Position numbers and translations under genes: made by a program. Positions 58,288 through 60,636 of a stretch of 60,636 bases of DNA are shown here, one piece after another. Source of the DNA: Promethearchaeota archaeon Loki_b31 (lineage in GTDB: Archaea; Asgardarchaeota; Lokiarchaeia; Sigyniarchaeales; SOKP01); contig NJBI01000014.1 in NCBI GenBank assembly GCA_005222975.1, forward strand, positions 1 through 60,636, written 5' to 3'. Under the pieces are notes generated by a model. That model saw only the letters and a program-made list of their open reading frames with translations, did not search any database and was not told where the DNA came from. The first letter of the stretch is position 1. Every line of letters begins with the position of its first letter.

Positions 58288-60159
58288 TTGAATGAGACTA
58301 AACCTAAGGAAGTTCTGCCAAAAAGAACATTAAAATTATCTCAAGGGATAATATATGGTGTTGGATGTGGAATAGGGGGCTCTATATTCGTATTATTAGG
58401 TTTAGGAATCGAATACGCAGGGTCCGGTATATTACTGAGTTTAATTTTGGGAGGAATTTTAATATTTTTTACTGGATTAAATTACGCTGAACTTTCAACT
58501 AGTTTACCTATTGCTGGAGGCGCTTACAACTTCGGTAAGGAAGGTATTGGGGGATTCTTAGCGTTTATAATTGGCTTTTTTTTATGGATTGCTAATGTCG
58601 CTATGTGTTCCTTTTCAGCGCAAATATTTGCTTCAGTATTTAAAGAAGTTTTCATTAAATTAAATATTCCAATTTCCAATACTTTTATTACGGTAATTGC
58701 AATTTTACCTATTATATTAACAAGTTTAGTAATTTTTAGAACTCAAAAAGTTGCTATTAAAGCGTTATTAATATTTACGATGGTATTAATTGGGATGTTC
58801 GCGTTTTTTATAATATTTGGATTGATAATAACGCCATTCACGAATCCAAATATTATTCTTACTCAAATAAAGTTTGAAGGTATAATACCCGCTTTTTTAT
58901 TGTTATTTATTTTATTTACTTCTATAACTTCAAATTTAGCGTATTTAAATCCCGATTTAAAAAATCCTTCTAAAAATATTCCAAAAACTATTATTTATGC
59001 TATTTTATTGACAATAATTATATATTTATCGATTACTTTCATTGCATTGATAAACTTAGGAGAAAATCCAACCGGATTAACTGAAAACCCCGTTTTATTA
59101 GCTGATGTGTTTGAAAGTGTCCTTGGACCATTTGGGTTTTATTTTATGGTTCTTGCTGCTATTATTTCGACGTTAATAGCAATAAATGCCGCTTTAGGTT
59201 CAGCAGTCAGCGTTATTACTGCTTTAGCGAGAGATCGTTTTATTCCTAAAAAAATTCAGGAAACGAAAAAAAGGCCAGATATGCCTGCTTTAGGTTTATT
59301 AATCACTATTATTTTGGTCGTTTTATTTGTACTTTTCACTGGTATTAGGTTTACTGCAGAAATTACTAATTTTATTTACTTCGTAGGTTTAGCATTTGTA
59401 AATTTTGCTGCCGTTAAATTAAGACGAACGAGAAAAGAGTTAGATCGTCCATTCAAAGCGCCTTTTTTTCCGTTTTTACCAATTTTTATTTCCATTTGTT
59501 TTTTGGCCTTTGCCGTAATATTGGGTGTTATCATTTCAATAGAAGCCCTAATTCTAGGGTTAGTTATTTTTATTATTGGAATTGCATTTCATTTATTAAC
59601 GATTGCAGATAGATCGTCAATTAATTTAACGTTAACTGGCATTAAATTCTTCTTTTTAACCGTATTAGGAATGTTTATTTGGGTGATAAATAACTTTTCA
59701 TATAGGAACCCAATTTTGATACTAATAAATAGAATTTTGATTGGCGTGTGTGTATTTACTATTGTGACAGTAATTCTCGACTTAACGCCCCTTAGAGAAT
59801 TAGCCTATTTTTATGTTAGAAAAATGGATAAAGAAAAGGTCGCAATTAATATAGGCAACGCTCAGATCATTGATTTAGGAAAAAAAAGATCCAAAATAAT
59901 TCATTTTACAAATTTAGTTATCACAATTATGCAATTTATAGCATGCGGTATTATTTTTAGTATAGTATATTTTCTATTCAATAATTTATTATCAATCCAA
60001 GATATCATTCTAATTATCGGTACTTCCGTTACCTATATTCCCAGTACATCCGGCACTGCTCTTTTTATTTCGATACTAATAATTTTTGGATTATCTCTCT
60101 TCTTTTGCGGGATTTTGTCGTGGCAACGAAACAGGGAATTTAAATCTCTAGGGATTTAA
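58288..60159 (+). CDS. APC family amino acid permease with extra C-terminal TM region
   Basis: GIGGSIF, YAELST.LP.AGG, KNPSKNIP and RPFKAP. Confidence 0.9.
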   Translation: MNETKPKEVLPKRTLKLSQGIIYGVGCGIGGSIFVLLGLGIEYAGSGILLSLILGGILIFFTGLNYAELSTSLPIAGGAYNFGKEGIGGFLAFIIGFFLWIANVAMCSFSAQIFASVFKEVFIKLNIPISNTFITVIAILPIILTSLVIFRTQKVAIKALLIFTMVLIGMFAFFIIFGLIITPFTNPNIILTQIKFEGIIPAFLLLFILFTSITSNLAYLNPDLKNPSKNIPKTIIYAILLTIIIYLSITFIALINLGENPTGLTENPVLLADVFESVLGPFGFYFMVLAAIISTLIAINAALGSAVSVITALARDRFIPKKIQETKKRPDMPALGLLITIILVVLFVLFTGIRFTAEITNFIYFVGLAFVNFAAVKLRRTRKELDRPFKAPFFPFLPIFISICFLAFAVILGVIISIEALILGLVIFIIGIAFHLLTIADRSSINLTLTGIKFFFLTVLGMFIWVINNFSYRNPILILINRILIGVCVFTIVTVILDLTPLRELAYFYVRKMDKEKVAINIGNAQIIDLGKKRSKIIHFTNLVITIMQFIACGIIFSIVYFLFNNLLSIQDIILIIGTSVTYIPSTSGTALFISILIIFGLSLFFCGILSWQRNREFKSLGI

Positions 60160-60197
60160 TTTTCCAAGAATTAATTAATAACATTTTTTTCGAGAAA

Positions 60198-60636
60198 ATG
60201 AGCTTACCAAAATTAAATTTACATATACATACCACTTATTCAGATGGTAAAAATACTATTAATCAAATTGTAAAAACAGCTATTAAATTAGGTTTAGATT
60301 ATATTTGTATTACTGACCATTTTTCAAATTCGTGGAAATCCAAAATCATATCCACACTTAATAATTTAGATAAAATTGAAAGGTATTTAGAAGAAATTTC
60401 TCACTGTCAGGCTTACATTTTAAAAAAAAATAGGAAATTAAATCTTTTTAAGGGAGTCGAGATTGATATAAGCAGTTCCGAGAACTATATAATACATAAT
60501 ATCCATCCCAATAAATTCGATTTAATATTATTTGAATACCTTGAAAACCTTGAAGGAATCGCTTTTATTAAAAACTTAATTGAAACTTGGAAGAGAGATC
60601 GGCGTAATAGTAATAAATTTCCTCTATTGGGGCTTG
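60198..60636 (+). CDS. PHP-domain protein, 3'-truncated by window edge
   Basis: NLHIHTTYSDG, ITDH and GVEI. Confidence 0.85.
   Translation, partial: MSLPKLNLHIHTTYSDGKNTINQIVKTAIKLGLDYICITDHFSNSWKSKIISTLNNLDKIERYLEEISHCQAYILKKNRKLNLFKGVEIDISSSENYIIHNIHPNKFDLILFEYLENLEGIAFIKNLIETWKRDRRNSNKFPLLGL

Noticed and set aside
1-60636. CRISPR arrays, tRNA/rRNA genes, IS transposases
   Set aside because: I saw no regularly spaced repeat-spacer units, cloverleaf or T-loop signatures, or transposase motifs by eye. tRNAscan-SE and CRISPR finders would confirm.

Overview
AT-rich archaeal chromosome segment, most consistent with an Asgard (Lokiarchaeia-like) genome. This is inferred from archaeal markers (EndoQ, archaeal-type AlaRS, DtdA, PDO-type thioredoxins) occurring with eukaryote-like small GTPases, one of them fused to a longin/uDENN-like domain. 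The window holds about 60 CDSs: ftsZ, ileS, alaS, dtdA, sfsA, a large thiol/Fe-S redox neighbourhood (TrxR, 2 PDOs, 2 CCG proteins, FTR, glutaredoxins, Isf, NROR-rubredoxin, rubredoxins), a two-gene island with a 757-aa zinc-finger/LAGLIDADG protein, and transport, signalling and metabolic genes. I found no tRNA, rRNA, CRISPR array or transposase. The most notable unannotated signals are: (1) a 24-codon Ile-rich leader peptide with competing RNA helices directly upstream of ileS, resembling ribosome-mediated attenuation in an archaeon; (2) a ~370-nt GC-enriched, multi-helix intergenic RNA candidate at 39761-40147 with its own TATA-like box and terminator, matching no family I recognise; (3) three genes whose conserved N-termini appear to require ATT start codons. 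All structures were paired by eye and all family calls come from motif recognition, not database searches.
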